Made by a program: the position numbers and the translations under genes. From positions 248,001-312,000 of the forward strand of contig CAYXJN010000003.1 in the NCBI GenBank assembly GCA_964464605.1: a stretch of 64,000 bases of DNA, given 5' to 3'. This document shows, one piece after another, positions 20,440 to 30,858 of this stretch. Within the stretch, counting starts at the first letter, position 1, and the number at the start of each line of letters is the position of its first letter. Below the pieces are notes generated by a model. The model searched no databases. It saw only the letters and a list, made by a program, of their open reading frames with translations, and was not told the origin of the DNA. This stretch comes from an uncultured Ignavibacteriales bacterium (GTDB lineage Bacteria; Zixibacteria; MSB-5A5; GN15; FEB-12).

Positions 20440-21312
20440 ATGTTGCAACTCAAAAGCTTACTGACTCTTTGTATCGCCTTCGCATTGCTTTCCTGCAGCT
20501 CTGGCGAAAAACAGGCCGCCACCAAAAATATAACGGTCAAAGGATCGGACACGTTAGTTCGTTTGGGACAGCGCTGGGCTGAAGTCTATATGGGGAAAAA
20601 TCCGGGTGAAGTCATTCAAGTCTCAGGCGGTGGCACCGGTACGGGCATCGCGGCATTGTTGAATGGTGCAGTCGATATCTGCGAAGCATCCCGCGACATG
20701 AAAAAAGATGAATACGATTTAGCCGAACAGAAAGGGATTCACCCCTACCGTATTCCGGTCGCTCTGGACGGCATCGCGCTCTATGTGCACAAAGACAACC
20801 CAGTTACTGAACTAACGCTCGATCAAATCAAAGACATTTATCAAATCAAAATCACGAACTGGAAAGATGTCGGCGGGCCGGATAAGGAAATCATTCTCTA
20901 TAGCCGTGAAAACAACTCCGGCACCTATGCATATTTCAAAGAACATGTCTTAAAAAATGAAGACTTCGCTGACCGTGTGCAATCTCTCCCCGGCACTGCG
21001 GCAGTTGTGAACGCGATATCAAAAGACCCGTATGGAATAGGGTATGGTGGCATCGCCTGGGCAGCGGATGTGCGCGACCTGTTAGTAAAGCCGAATGATT
21101 CGGCTGCCGGTGTTCCCCCGACCATCGAAACGGTCACGAATGGCAGCTATCCGATTTCCCGTGAACTCTACTGGTTTACCAACGGCAAACCGGATGGGCG
21201 TATCAAACTGTTAGTCAACTGGGTGCTCTCCGAAGAAGGACAGCTGATTGCCGATGAAGTCGGTTATGTCCGCCTCCCGGCTGAAACGGCACAAAAGGCG
21301 ATGATTCAATAA
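20440..21312 (+). CDS. pstS: Phosphate ABC substrate-binding lipoprotein
   Basis: Lipobox LLSC, KGSDT, GGGTGTGI, SRENNSGT, YPISR. AGGAG precedes ATG 20440. Confidence 0.93.
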   Translation: MLQLKSLLTLCIAFALLSCSSGEKQAATKNITVKGSDTLVRLGQRWAEVYMGKNPGEVIQVSGGGTGTGIAALLNGAVDICEASRDMKKDEYDLAEQKGIHPYRIPVALDGIALYVHKDNPVTELTLDQIKDIYQIKITNWKDVGGPDKEIILYSRENNSGTYAYFKEHVLKNEDFADRVQSLPGTAAVVNAISKDPYGIGYGGIAWAADVRDLLVKPNDSAAGVPPTIETVTNGSYPISRELYWFTNGKPDGRIKLLVNWVLSEEGQLIADEVGYVRLPAETAQKAMIQ

Positions 21313-21324
21313 CGGTACGGATAC

Positions 21325-22284
21325 ATGAGCGACCTTTCCTTCAGAAAAAAAGCACGCGTGATTGACAAAGTAGGCGGATGGTTTATCCGCTCTACCGCTT
21401 TGTTAACCGCAGCGGCTATTATTCTGATTTTTCTGTTCATCTTCAAAGAAACGATTCCAATTTTCACCGACAAAGAAGTTCAGGAAACTGCCAGCCTGGA
21501 CAAATTGATGCTCAAGCAGTCGTTCGATCCGGAATCGGAACCGAAATACACCTGGCAGCCGAATTCAAATAATCCGAAATATTCTCTTATGCCGCTTATC
21601 GTCGGTTCACTGAAAGCGGCACTCATTGCCATGCTTGTCGCAATACCGTTAGGTGTGGGTGCGGCAATTTATTCGGCCGAGTTTGCCTCGCGCCGGATGC
21701 GGGAATTTTTAAAACCGATTATCGAACTGCTCGCCGGAATTCCGTCAGTCGTGCTCGGATTTTTCGCGCTTATCGTACTCGCCAGTTTTCTACAGGCAGT
21801 ATTCGGATTTACCTATCGACTTAATTCGATAACAGCAGGCATAGTTCTCGGTATCGCTATTACCCCGGTAATTTTTACGGTCGCCGAAGATGCGATGACC
21901 TCTGTCCCCAATTCACTGCGGGATGCTTCCGTTGCCTTAGGCGCAAACCCCTGGCAAGTTTCACTAACCATGGTCCTTCCTGCCGCACTTCCCGGTATTG
22001 CCGCCGGTGTGGTGCTTGGGTTCGGCCGCGCCGTCGGCGAAACGATGATCGTACTGATGGCATCCGGTAACGCCGCGATTTTCTCCGGCAGCTTTACCGA
22101 TTCGATTCGCACCCTATCCGCTACTATCGCCGCCGAACTCGGTGAAGTGGTGTTCGGATCGGAACATTGGAATGTGCTCTTTTTCATCGGTTCAATACTT
22201 TTCATTTTTACGTTCATCATCAACCTGCTTGGTGATGTCGTACTCGGCAAAGTGAAAGAACGGCTTCAGGGGAAAACATCGTGA
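21325..22284 (+). CDS. pstC: Phosphate ABC permease
   Basis: ELLAGIPSVV, GRAVGETM. Confidence 0.95.
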   Translation: MSDLSFRKKARVIDKVGGWFIRSTALLTAAAIILIFLFIFKETIPIFTDKEVQETASLDKLMLKQSFDPESEPKYTWQPNSNNPKYSLMPLIVGSLKAALIAMLVAIPLGVGAAIYSAEFASRRMREFLKPIIELLAGIPSVVLGFFALIVLASFLQAVFGFTYRLNSITAGIVLGIAITPVIFTVAEDAMTSVPNSLRDASVALGANPWQVSLTMVLPAALPGIAAGVVLGFGRAVGETMIVLMASGNAAIFSGSFTDSIRTLSATIAAELGEVVFGSEHWNVLFFIGSILFIFTFIINLLGDVVLGKVKERLQGKTS

Positions 22285-23246
22285 GCACTGAAGCACAAAC
22301 TCAGGATGATATTGTTGTCCCGATGCAGGGAGATACCTACGGCCGTTTAGCCAAATCCTACGGCGTCGTTCCCCGTGCGATGACATTTGCAGCGGTAATC
22401 ATTATCGTACTCATCCTCGCAGTGATTTTAGGCAACATCGTTATTCATGGTATCGGCACAATCACCTTCGACTTTTTAACCAGCCCGCCGGAAAACGGTA
22501 TGGAAGGGGGCGGTGTATTCCCTGCCATATTCGGAACAGTTGCACTGGTGATTCTTATGACTATCGGCGTGATTCCGCTCGGTGTACTCACGGCGATTTA
22601 TTTGCAGGAATACACGAATCAGAACTCAATAATGACGCGAATCATCCGTATGGCGGTTAACAATCTGGCCGGGGTGCCATCGATCGTGTTCGGTTTGTTC
22701 GGTCTCGGATTTTTTATTGGATTCATTGGCGGCGGTATCGACAGCGCTTTCTTTCCGGGTGAAGGACCCGTTTGGGGACGACCCGCTATTTTGTGGGCAG
22801 CGCTTACCCTTGCCCTTTTGACGGTACCGGTAGTGATTGTTTCCACCGAAGAAGCCCTCCGCGCCATTCCGCGTGAACTGAAAGAAGCGAGTTATGCTTT
22901 GGGGGCAACCAAACTGCAAACGATTATCCGTGTCCTTATTCCGCAGGCCTTACCCGGTATTTTCACCGGCGCGATTCTGGCCGTCAGCCGCGGCGCGGGT
23001 GAAGTTGCTCCTGTCATGTTCACCGGCGCGGCCTATTACCTGCCGCAATTGCCGGAGCGGATGAATGACCAATTCATGGAGTTAGGATATCATATTTATG
23101 TGATGGCGACTCAGTCGCCGAATGTCGAAGCTACCAAGCCGATTCTTTATGGAACGGTGCTGGTACTGCTTCTGTTGACCTTTCTATTGAACTTTACAGC
23201 TATCATACTTCGTTCTAAATTGCGATCAGGAAAAGCTAATGTCTGA
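22281..23246 (+). CDS. pstA: Phosphate ABC permease
   Basis: [31 protein letters not shown]. Confidence 0.95.
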   Translation: MSTEAQTQDDIVVPMQGDTYGRLAKSYGVVPRAMTFAAVIIIVLILAVILGNIVIHGIGTITFDFLTSPPENGMEGGGVFPAIFGTVALVILMTIGVIPLGVLTAIYLQEYTNQNSIMTRIIRMAVNNLAGVPSIVFGLFGLGFFIGFIGGGIDSAFFPGEGPVWGRPAILWAALTLALLTVPVVIVSTEEALRAIPRELKEASYALGATKLQTIIRVLIPQALPGIFTGAILAVSRGAGEVAPVMFTGAAYYLPQLPERMNDQFMELGYHIYVMATQSPNVEATKPILYGTVLVLLLLTFLLNFTAIILRSKLRSGKANV

Positions 23247-24090
23247 GTATAATGAAACAACCACTGAACCGTTGATTCGCACCCGTATGCCGGAAGTATC
23301 GAATACCCAGCCCGCGCCGGAAAAATCGAGCGCGCCCAGGATGAAAATGAGTGTCAAAAACCTCGATTTCTTCTACGGCAAACACCAGGCGCTTATCAAA
23401 GTCTCAACCGGTATCGAAGAAAAACGGGTCACGGCGCTTATCGGCCCCTCCGGATGCGGCAAATCTACGTTCCTCCGTTCCCTGAACCGGATGAATGAAA
23501 CTATTCCCGGCACCCGGCATGAAGGGGAAGTGCTTTTGGATGGCCGCAACATCCACAAAGATTTCAAGGATGTTTCGGAAGTTCGCGTGAAAGTCGGGAT
23601 GGTATTCCAGCGCTCCAACCCGTTCCCGAAATCGATTTTCGACAACGTTGCCTATGGCCTCCGCGTAAACGGAGTGAAAGACAAAGCGCTGATCGAAGCA
23701 ACGGTCGAAGACACCCTCAAACGGGCGTTCTTATGGGATGAAGTCAAAGACAAAATGAAAGTGAGCGCCTATATGCTCTCCGGCGGCCAGCAGCAGCGGC
23801 TCTGTATTGCCCGAGCCCTGGCTATTAAGCCGGAAGTTTTGCTGATGGATGAGCCGGCCTCAGCCCTTGACCCGATTTCGACCTCAAAAATCGAAGATTT
23901 AATCGGAGAACTGAAAAAAAACTATACGATTGTCATTGTAACTCATAATATGCAGCAAGCTGCCCGAATTTCCGACTATACCGGATTCTTTTATAACGGT
24001 GAGTTGGTCGAATTCGGTAACACGAACAAGATTTTTACGAAGCCGGATAAGAAACAGACTGAAGATTACATAACCGGACGATTCGGATAA
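23239..24090 (+). CDS. pstB: Phosphate ABC ATPase
   Basis: [32 protein letters not shown]. Confidence 0.97.
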   Translation: MSEYNETTTEPLIRTRMPEVSNTQPAPEKSSAPRMKMSVKNLDFFYGKHQALIKVSTGIEEKRVTALIGPSGCGKSTFLRSLNRMNETIPGTRHEGEVLLDGRNIHKDFKDVSEVRVKVGMVFQRSNPFPKSIFDNVAYGLRVNGVKDKALIEATVEDTLKRAFLWDEVKDKMKVSAYMLSGGQQQRLCIARALAIKPEVLLMDEPASALDPISTSKIEDLIGELKKNYTIVIVTHNMQQAARISDYTGFFYNGELVEFGNTNKIFTKPDKKQTEDYITGRFG

Positions 24091-24109
24091 GGATATCAGA
24101 GAATAATCT

Positions 24110-24817
24110 ATGTCACACATGCATCTACAGCGCGAAATCGAGCGCCTCAAAAAACGCATCCTTGCTCTGTCTGCCTTGGTTGAAGAAAGTGTCCGTGCCT
24201 CCGCCCGAGCCATTTCCGAACGGGATTTAAGTCTTGCCATGAAAACTATCGAAAACGACTCCCTGATAGACCAGTCGGAAGTGGAAGTGGAAGAGGATTG
24301 TCTAAAAATTCTTGCCCTCTACCAGCCGGTCGCTATCGACCTTCGCTATATCATCGCGACTTTGAAAATTAACAACGATCTGGAACGGATAGGTGACTTG
24401 TCTGTCAACATGGCCGAGCGCGCCTCATTTTTAGCGACCCGTGAACCGATCGAAATCCCCTTCGATTTCCCCCGTATGGCAACGCTCGCGCAAACGCTTT
24501 TGAAGCGAAGCATCGACGCGCTCGTCAATTTGGACGTACAAATCGCCCGTGAAACGATTGATGCTGACGATGAACTCGATGCCTTAAACCGCCAGACCTA
24601 CACCAAAATCGGTGAAAGCCTGCGCAAACATCCGGACCGTCAGGATGAATACATTCAATTGCTGGCAGTATCACGCCACTTGGAACGGATCGGCGATCAT
24701 GCGACCAATATCTCAGAGGATGTCATCTACATGGTGGAAGGTGTAATCGCCCGCCATCGGAATGAACCGTTTTACGGTAACGGCTCACAGCGCCGCAACC
24801 AATCTTCGATTCGTTAA
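24110..24817 (+). CDS. phoU: Phosphate signalling protein
   Basis: QPVAIDLR, DLERIGD, LERIGDHATNI. Confidence 0.95.
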   Translation: MSHMHLQREIERLKKRILALSALVEESVRASARAISERDLSLAMKTIENDSLIDQSEVEVEEDCLKILALYQPVAIDLRYIIATLKINNDLERIGDLSVNMAERASFLATREPIEIPFDFPRMATLAQTLLKRSIDALVNLDVQIARETIDADDELDALNRQTYTKIGESLRKHPDRQDEYIQLLAVSRHLERIGDHATNISEDVIYMVEGVIARHRNEPFYGNGSQRRNQSSIR

Positions 24818-25314
24818 CGAAACTCGATCTGCAAATCTTCTTCCGCGCGGAATCTCTTTTTCAATGCATCAGCGCGATAGGCAAAAATCCCGCGCAATTG
24901 TTTTGCTACCAACCGTTCGTTTACTATTCCCGACAAAAAGCTCAACGGAAGGGCGTAATGAATAACATCCTCAATCCTGACCGTATTGGGCGCTAACGCA
25001 TGAAAGCGATGCTGGTGATGCCAAAACCGGTAGGGTCCGAACCGCTGTTCGTCGACAAACAAAAACGGCTTTTCCACACGCGTAATCTCGGTTACCCAGA
25101 GAAGAGGAATACGCATCACCGGACGAACCCGATATGAAACAATCATCCCCGCATACATACTGTCCGGTACCTCACTGATCGGATCAAGTCGCAGACTCGG
25201 CGGTGTTATTGTACTTAGATTTCGCGGGTCAGAAAAAAAGCGCCAGCACTCATCGATCGAAAAGTGAAACGTCTGGCTGGCTTGGAGCTGGAACAACCGG
25301 GAAAGAATCGGCAT
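24814..25314 (-). CDS. SRPBCC-family protein
   Basis: FFSDPRNL..ITPP, FVDEQRFGPYRFWHHQH, IFAYR. Confidence 0.85.
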   Translation of the reverse strand: MPILSRLFQLQASQTFHFSIDECWRFFSDPRNLSTITPPSLRLDPISEVPDSMYAGMIVSYRVRPVMRIPLLWVTEITRVEKPFLFVDEQRFGPYRFWHHQHRFHALAPNTVRIEDVIHYALPLSFLSGIVNERLVAKQLRGIFAYRADALKKRFRAEEDLQIEFR

Positions 25315-25320
25315 GCTGAA

Positions 25321-26052
25321 CTACCTGTTTTTTCTACGATGCTGCCGGTATTCCCGAAGTTTAACTTCACCCAGCGGTTTCGCCGGTTTAACGGTAATAC
25401 TTTCGATTATTTCAGACATGACATCTTTTTGCATTCGCCAGTTAATACAGGCAACAATAACCATTGCAATAACAGCGCCAAGACTGGCTAATGCCATATC
25501 CTTGTGAGCATCCCACACATCCCCCTGCGTACCGAGATATGCCATCCCCAATTCTCCGCCGAACAATAGAGCAACTGCCCATTCTATCAACTCATAAAGC
25601 ATCGAGAGTGACATTACCAACTCAACGGGCAAGTAATAGTTCCATGTTCCGCGAGTTTGTGCAATCCGCATAAAGAGCTCCCGCATCGGATAGAAAAACA
25701 GCAACCCAAATGAAAAATGAACCAGCCGGTCAAATTGATTCCGTTCAAATCCGAATAATTCATTTACACTGATTCCGATTGCGGCAAACCAATTGTCGTA
25801 AGGCACCTCTGCATACGTGTAATGTGCACCAACGGTATGAAGCAGGAGAAAGATGAAGAGAACCGTGTAGGAAACATTACTGAGTCGAAACCATGTCCGC
25901 GTTACGAACAACAGAATAAGAAAAGCAACCGTTAACAGGTTCTCAAGCCGCCAATCGGATGGGTATTTTGGATTGATCGCCCAGATGATCCACCAAACGA
26001 GAAAAATAAGAAATAGTTTGGTTCTGTATTCGAGCGAAGGAACTTTTATCAT
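25321..26052 (-). CDS. DUF2238 (YjdF-like) membrane protein
   Basis: GAHYTYAEVP, RNQFDRLVHF, YLGTQGDVWDAHKDM. Confidence 0.85.
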   Translation of the reverse strand: MIKVPSLEYRTKLFLIFLVWWIIWAINPKYPSDWRLENLLTVAFLILLFVTRTWFRLSNVSYTVLFIFLLLHTVGAHYTYAEVPYDNWFAAIGISVNELFGFERNQFDRLVHFSFGLLFFYPMRELFMRIAQTRGTWNYYLPVELVMSLSMLYELIEWAVALLFGGELGMAYLGTQGDVWDAHKDMALASLGAVIAMVIVACINWRMQKDVMSEIIESITVKPAKPLGEVKLREYRQHRRKNR

Positions 26053-26151
26053 TCAATAACCGTTTTGTAAGAGTATCCGTAATAAGCGGCAAGAAAGTGT
26101 GAAAGCAAGCAGAAAACACCGTGAGCAAAGCAGCATCCAGTCAGCCTCAGA

Positions 26152-26180
26152 TTGACAAAAGCAGCCACTCAAGCTATCAT
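26152..26180 (+). promoter_or_regulatory. Sigma70 promoter of the glutathione peroxidase gene
   Basis: TTGACA-17 nt-TATCAT, followed by AGGAG and GTG at 26199. Confidence 0.7.
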
Positions 26181-26198
26181 CCACCAAGGAGAAATAAC

Positions 26199-26804
26199 GT
26201 GTACAAAATTATTCCTTTCACGTTTACAGCGCTACTCTTGATGTCAGGGATGAATTCACAGGGGACAGATCAGAGCACATACAAAACCAACGATGTTGGG
26301 AAACAAACGAAAGCCGAGAACAAACCCGCCATGTCTATCGAGCATATTCCGTTCAAAACGATTACCGGTGACTCCACCGATTTATCCGCTTATGCCGGTA
26401 AAGTAGTACTGATTGTTAACGTCGCCAGCGAATGCGGCTACACTCCGCAATATGAAGGATTGGAAGACCTCTACGAAAAATATAAAGACAGCGGTTTGGT
26501 AGTACTCGGTTTTCCTGCCAACAATTTCGGCGAACAGGAACCGGGTACGAATGAAGAAATTCATACCTTCTGCAAAACGAAGTTCGGCATAAAGTTTCCG
26601 ATGATGGCCAAAGTCAGTGTGCTGGGTGAAGACAAACATCCGTTGTTTGTGCAGTTGACCGAAAAATCGAATATCCCCGGCGAAATCAGATGGAATTTCT
26701 GCAAGTTCCTGATTGACCGCAAAGGACAACTTGTCGCTCGTTTTGACTCCAAAGTCGAACCGATGTCGGATGAGTTAGTCGGCAAAATCAAATCCCTTTT
26801 CTAA
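26199..26804 (+). CDS. Cys-type glutathione peroxidase family protein with probable export signal
   Basis: VNVASECGYT, GFPANNFGEQEPG, WNFCKFLID. Hydrophobic N-terminus from GTG 26199. Confidence 0.92.
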   Translation: MYKIIPFTFTALLLMSGMNSQGTDQSTYKTNDVGKQTKAENKPAMSIEHIPFKTITGDSTDLSAYAGKVVLIVNVASECGYTPQYEGLEDLYEKYKDSGLVVLGFPANNFGEQEPGTNEEIHTFCKTKFGIKFPMMAKVSVLGEDKHPLFVQLTEKSNIPGEIRWNFCKFLIDRKGQLVARFDSKVEPMSDELVGKIKSLF

Positions 26805-26821
26805 CCTGCCGTGAACTCTGG

Positions 26822-26972
26822 GTGGCACATCCTTTAGGGTGTGATCCGATGTTTTATCAATAGGTCGGGTTTGAAGCAAACCCGACAATGGCCTTTCTTG
26901 AGTAGGTCAGGAGCCCTGCGCCCTGACACCAATAAATAGAAAGATGTCAGGACTACAGGAGTCCTGACCTAC
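26822..26972. repeat. Cluster of REP-like palindromes including a GTAG-type inverted doublet (REPIN-like)
   Basis: GTAG-GTCAGG..CCTGAC at 26902 with an inverted copy ending CCTGACCTAC at 26972. Additional hairpins at 26826-26843 and 26864-26886. Confidence 0.7.
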
Positions 26973-27083
26973 CAAACTACGTTCATGTTGATTATCGTGC
27001 CGAAAACTCAAACTTGACCCTTCTCTAAAACGCCCTCATACTCTTTCTCAGAAATCGCAAAAACACTAACCGTACAGGGTACA

Positions 27084-30000
27084 ATGACCAGACGTTTAGT
27101 TCGGCTAGTATTGTTTCAAATCTTTTTCTGCATCTCAGCTTGCTTTTCGTTTTCATCTCTTTTGGCTCAAGATCATTATCAGATAATTCATGCTCCCGGG
27201 ATTACTTGGACCCAGGCTCGCGACTCAGCTGTGGCTTTAGGCGGACAGTTAGTCACGATAACCTCCTCGCAAGAGCAGATTATGGTGGGGGGATTAATCT
27301 CCACCAACGGTTGGTGGATTGGAGCAACTGACCAAAATACGGAAGGACAATGGGAATGGGTTACCGGTGAACAGTGGGGATATACAAACTGGTACACCGG
27401 CGAGCCTAACAACTCGGGCAACGAAGATGCCGCCTATTTGAATGCCGACCTCAATGACGCATGGGTCGATGGTGCGATCTCAAAAAATGATCTTGCTGGT
27501 TTTATTTTAGAGCTGCCCAATGTAGGAGCGTTTCCGCAAAACCTAAAGCTGCTTGATTCGGTCGATGAACAATTTATTAACTCCGCAACTCCAACGATTG
27601 TCTGGGAGTACAGCGGTTCCGGAGACCCTCAGACCGCGTATGAAATAGAAGTTGGCACCGATACGGACTGGTCTGTCGCAGAAATGTGGGCGACAGGAGA
27701 AGTCAGTTCGTCGGACACGTCATTTGTATACGCGGGTTTGCCGCTTGTATCACAAACACTATACTACATGAGAGTACGCCTAAATAATGGCGCCGGATGG
27801 GGCACTTGGAATTTGCGCTTCTTTACATATGTCGATATCCCATCAGCCACCTATCAGGTTGTATCGGCACTGGGGAAAACATGGGAAGAAGCAAACACCA
27901 TGGCGATGGCTATGGGTGGACATCTCGTTACCATAACCAGCGCTGATGAACAATTCTATGTTGGCGGTTTGGCGAATTCCGGTATATGGTGGATTGGCGC
28001 CACCGAAGCGGATTCAGCAGGAGATTGGAGCTGGGTCACGAATGAACCATGGTCATACACAAATTGGTCTGCTGGTGAACCAAATAATGGGATTGCTGAA
28101 AACGCTGCAACCCTACAACCCTCAGCTGATGATCAATGGGTTGATTATTATGAAAATCGTACCGGAGTAGCCGGATTTATTCTTGAAATCGACGGTGATG
28201 GCTATTATGCCCCCTTTCCGGGAAACCTGAACATTGTCAATTCGATCAATAATAAATTTATTTTCGATTCAATTCCTGTGTTTCAATGGAAAAATCCATA
28301 CCCTTCTGAGCAAACCGAATATGAAATTGCAATTGGTGCCGATAAAGACTGGCTTACGGCTGAAATATGGAACCCAGGACCTGCAGCATCTACTGATACC
28401 TTCACGGTGTACGACGGACTTCCCTTTGTACCGAATCAGGTGTATTACGGTCGCATTCGTCTGCGTGATAGCCTGAATTGGGGATTTTGGACGAATTTTT
28501 CGTTCCGTTATCATGATCTTTCTCAAGAGCCAGCATATATACCGATTCAAACAAAAGGGATCACCTGGTCACAGGCGCGGGACTCGGCAAACGCGCTTAG
28601 CGGCTATCTGACAACAATTACGAACGCGCAAGAACAACAGAAAGTATCCAGTATCCTTACCTTTGGGTTCTGGTGGATTGGCGCAACCGATGAAATTATC
28701 TCAGGACAATGGCGTTGGGTAACCGGTGAATCATGGTCATATACGAATTGGTTTCCCGGTGAAGATTTGGTTGGCAATGAACATTATGTGTATCTCACCT
28801 ATGCGGGAGCTGGTCAATGGTTGAACACGATTAATAATGCTCAATTGACGGGCTTTATCCTTGAAATACCTATTCGAAAACCGTATGCCATTGGCCTCGG
28901 TTTTACTAATTCGTATGTCGCTCCCTATGTCGGCTCGACAACGCCGACAATCGCCTGGCAATACAATAATTTTTATGATACTGAACAAACTCAGTATGAA
29001 ATCGAAATCGGTACTGATAGCAGTTGGACTACCGGAGTAGTTTGGAGTTCCGGCACCGTGATGTCTTCTGACACACAAGCAGCCTATACAGGAATGCCAC
29101 TGAGTGAAGACATACCATATTTTCTCCGCGTTCGCGTAAGCGACAGCCTTGAAACGGGACCCTGGTCACAGATTTCATTTTTTGTCTTCGATCTCACCAA
29201 GCATACCTATGAACTTGTTCAGACTAACAAGAACTGGCTAGGCGCATACGATGCCGCGCAAGCTGCGAATGGATATTTGGTAACCATAACAAATCCTCTT
29301 GAAGAATTCGTGATTCGCAATCTGCTTCCAAATCCGTTTGACTTCTATGCCGGGGGAACGGATGAAGTCGTTGAAGAGGCATGGTCATGGATAACCGATG
29401 AACCCTTTCAATATACGCATTGGGCGCCAAATGAGCCGAACAATGCCGGTGGCTCAGAAGATTTTATTGAAGTTCACGGAGATGGGCAATGGAATGACGT
29501 CAACGGCACCAACTCCCTTTGGTTTGTTATTGAACGGGATTTAACCGCTCGAATTCCCGTAATCATGTTCGATGGTAAGCCCCGCAATACACACGTTATT
29601 TCTGATTTTCCAAAAATCACTTGGCTGCGCACAAGCGATACGCTTATTCAGGACAGCGTGGAAATAGAAATCGGCATCAACAAGGAATGGACTATCGCTG
29701 AATTGTGGAATCCTCCTGTTCTGCACACATCTGATTCTTTTGTAACGTATGCGGGGAATCCGTTACAGGATGGCATTACTTATCAATGTCGTATCCGTGT
29801 TGCCTACGGCAATATTTGGACACCCTGGTCATACACGAATTTTCACATGAACGCCAAACCGATACCGCCGGTACTCCCGGCTTCAATGCCTGTGTATACA
29901 ACAAGAACACCGGTATTGCAAATTCCCAGTGGTAACGACGGAGAAAAAGATTCGCTTACCTATTTCTTTGACGGATACTATGATAGTTCACTTTCTGTAC

Positions 30001-30686
30001 CGGCGGGATACGATACCAGTGAACCGTTCGCGATCGGGCAAATGGCGGATCTGGCGATTCATCTTCCGCTCAACGATAACAGTATAGTTTGGTGGCGAAC
30101 CAGGGTTTTTGATGGTTACGAATACTCAATGTGGTCAAACACCGGGAAATTGGTGATAAACACGGAACCAGAGCAACCCTCCATACCCACGCTCATATCA
30201 CCATCTGATCAGCCCGGAATGCCTGTATTTGATCTGACGCCGACAATGAAATGGTTTGCGATTGATCCGGATCCGATGGACACGATATGGTACACCTTGG
30301 AAGTTGCCGCCGATTCACATTTTGTTTTTGTTCGGGTGTTTGATTCTTTGGAGAGTGAGGAGTTTGAATTTCCCGACTCGCTTGGTTTCAACAAGCAATA
30401 CTGGTGGCGTGTAACTTCGTATAATCCGAATGGGCTTTCGTTGGGAGCATCTGATGGGAAAAGTTTCTATACTTGGATGTTGGGCGACGTTAATCATTCA
30501 CAGTCCGTCACGGTCCAGGATCTTGTCATGCTGGTTAGCTATTTGTTTAATAACGGCCCTGTACCGACACCGCTGTTTGTCGGGGATCTTAACAGCAGCT
30601 GCACGGTCACGATTGCGGACCTCGTGTATCTGGTACAATACTTGTTCAATTCCGGCCCTGCTCCCAAAGTCGGGTGCGGGCCGTAG
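27084..30686 (+). CDS. Secreted multi-lectin protein: four repeats of C-type lectin plus Fn3-like domain, further Fn3/Ig-like domains and a C-terminal dockerin-like domain
   Basis: Four copies of W..A...A...G.L.TIT..E..(WWI)G.TD...W.W(V/I)T.E...YT.W. EPNN in three of them. C-terminal GDVNHSQSVTVQDLVML / GDLNSSCTVTIADLVYL. Confidence 0.85.
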   Translation: MTRRLVRLVLFQIFFCISACFSFSSLLAQDHYQIIHAPGITWTQARDSAVALGGQLVTITSSQEQIMVGGLISTNGWWIGATDQNTEGQWEWVTGEQWGYTNWYTGEPNNSGNEDAAYLNADLNDAWVDGAISKNDLAGFILELPNVGAFPQNLKLLDSVDEQFINSATPTIVWEYSGSGDPQTAYEIEVGTDTDWSVAEMWATGEVSSSDTSFVYAGLPLVSQTLYYMRVRLNNGAGWGTWNLRFFTYVDIPSATYQVVSALGKTWEEANTMAMAMGGHLVTITSADEQFYVGGLANSGIWWIGATEADSAGDWSWVTNEPWSYTNWSAGEPNNGIAENAATLQPSADDQWVDYYENRTGVAGFILEIDGDGYYAPFPGNLNIVNSINNKFIFDSIPVFQWKNPYPSEQTEYEIAIGADKDWLTAEIWNPGPAASTDTFTVYDGLPFVPNQVYYGRIRLRDSLNWGFWTNFSFRYHDLSQEPAYIPIQTKGITWSQARDSANALSGYLTTITNAQEQQKVSSILTFGFWWIGATDEIISGQWRWVTGESWSYTNWFPGEDLVGNEHYVYLTYAGAGQWLNTINNAQLTGFILEIPIRKPYAIGLGFTNSYVAPYVGSTTPTIAWQYNNFYDTEQTQYEIEIGTDSSWTTGVVWSSGTVMSSDTQAAYTGMPLSEDIPYFLRVRVSDSLETGPWSQISFFVFDLTKHTYELVQTNKNWLGAYDAAQAANGYLVTITNPLEEFVIRNLLPNPFDFYAGGTDEVVEEAWSWITDEPFQYTHWAPNEPNNAGGSEDFIEVHGDGQWNDVNGTNSLWFVIERDLTARIPVIMFDGKPRNTHVISDFPKITWLRTSDTLIQDSVEIEIGINKEWTIAELWNPPVLHTSDSFVTYAGNPLQDGITYQCRIRVAYGNIWTPWSYTNFHMNAKPIPPVLPASMPVYTTRTPVLQIPSGNDGEKDSLTYFFDGYYDSSLSVPAGYDTSEPFAIGQMADLAIHLPLNDNSIVWWRTRVFDGYEYSMWSNTGKLVINTEPEQPSIPTLISPSDQPGMPVFDLTPTMKWFAIDPDPMDTIWYTLEVAADSHFVFVRVFDSLESEEFEFPDSLGFNKQYWWRVTSYNPNGLSLGASDGKSFYTWMLGDVNHSQSVTVQDLVMLVSYLFNNGPVPTPLFVGDLNSSCTVTIADLVYLVQYLFNSGPAPKVGCGP

Positions 30687-30858
30687 AGTTCCTCCGCTTT
30701 ACATCCTTCCATCGTATCCTGTCCGGTTGACCGGTAGTCAGGAACAATCCTCTTGCAAAAAAGCAAATATTTGGATTATGTTAGGGACATAATCGCAGGG
30801 TTTGAAGCAGCAAACCCCACCGTATTCCGTAACAAAATAAACTCCTCAGGAGAAAAAG

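Noticed and set aside
26199..26804. Selenocysteine-containing peroxidase
   Set aside because: The active-site codon is TGC (Cys) and there is no in-frame TGA.
26822..26972. CRISPR array
   Set aside because: The units are inverted and non-identical, lack regular spacers, and no cas genes are present.
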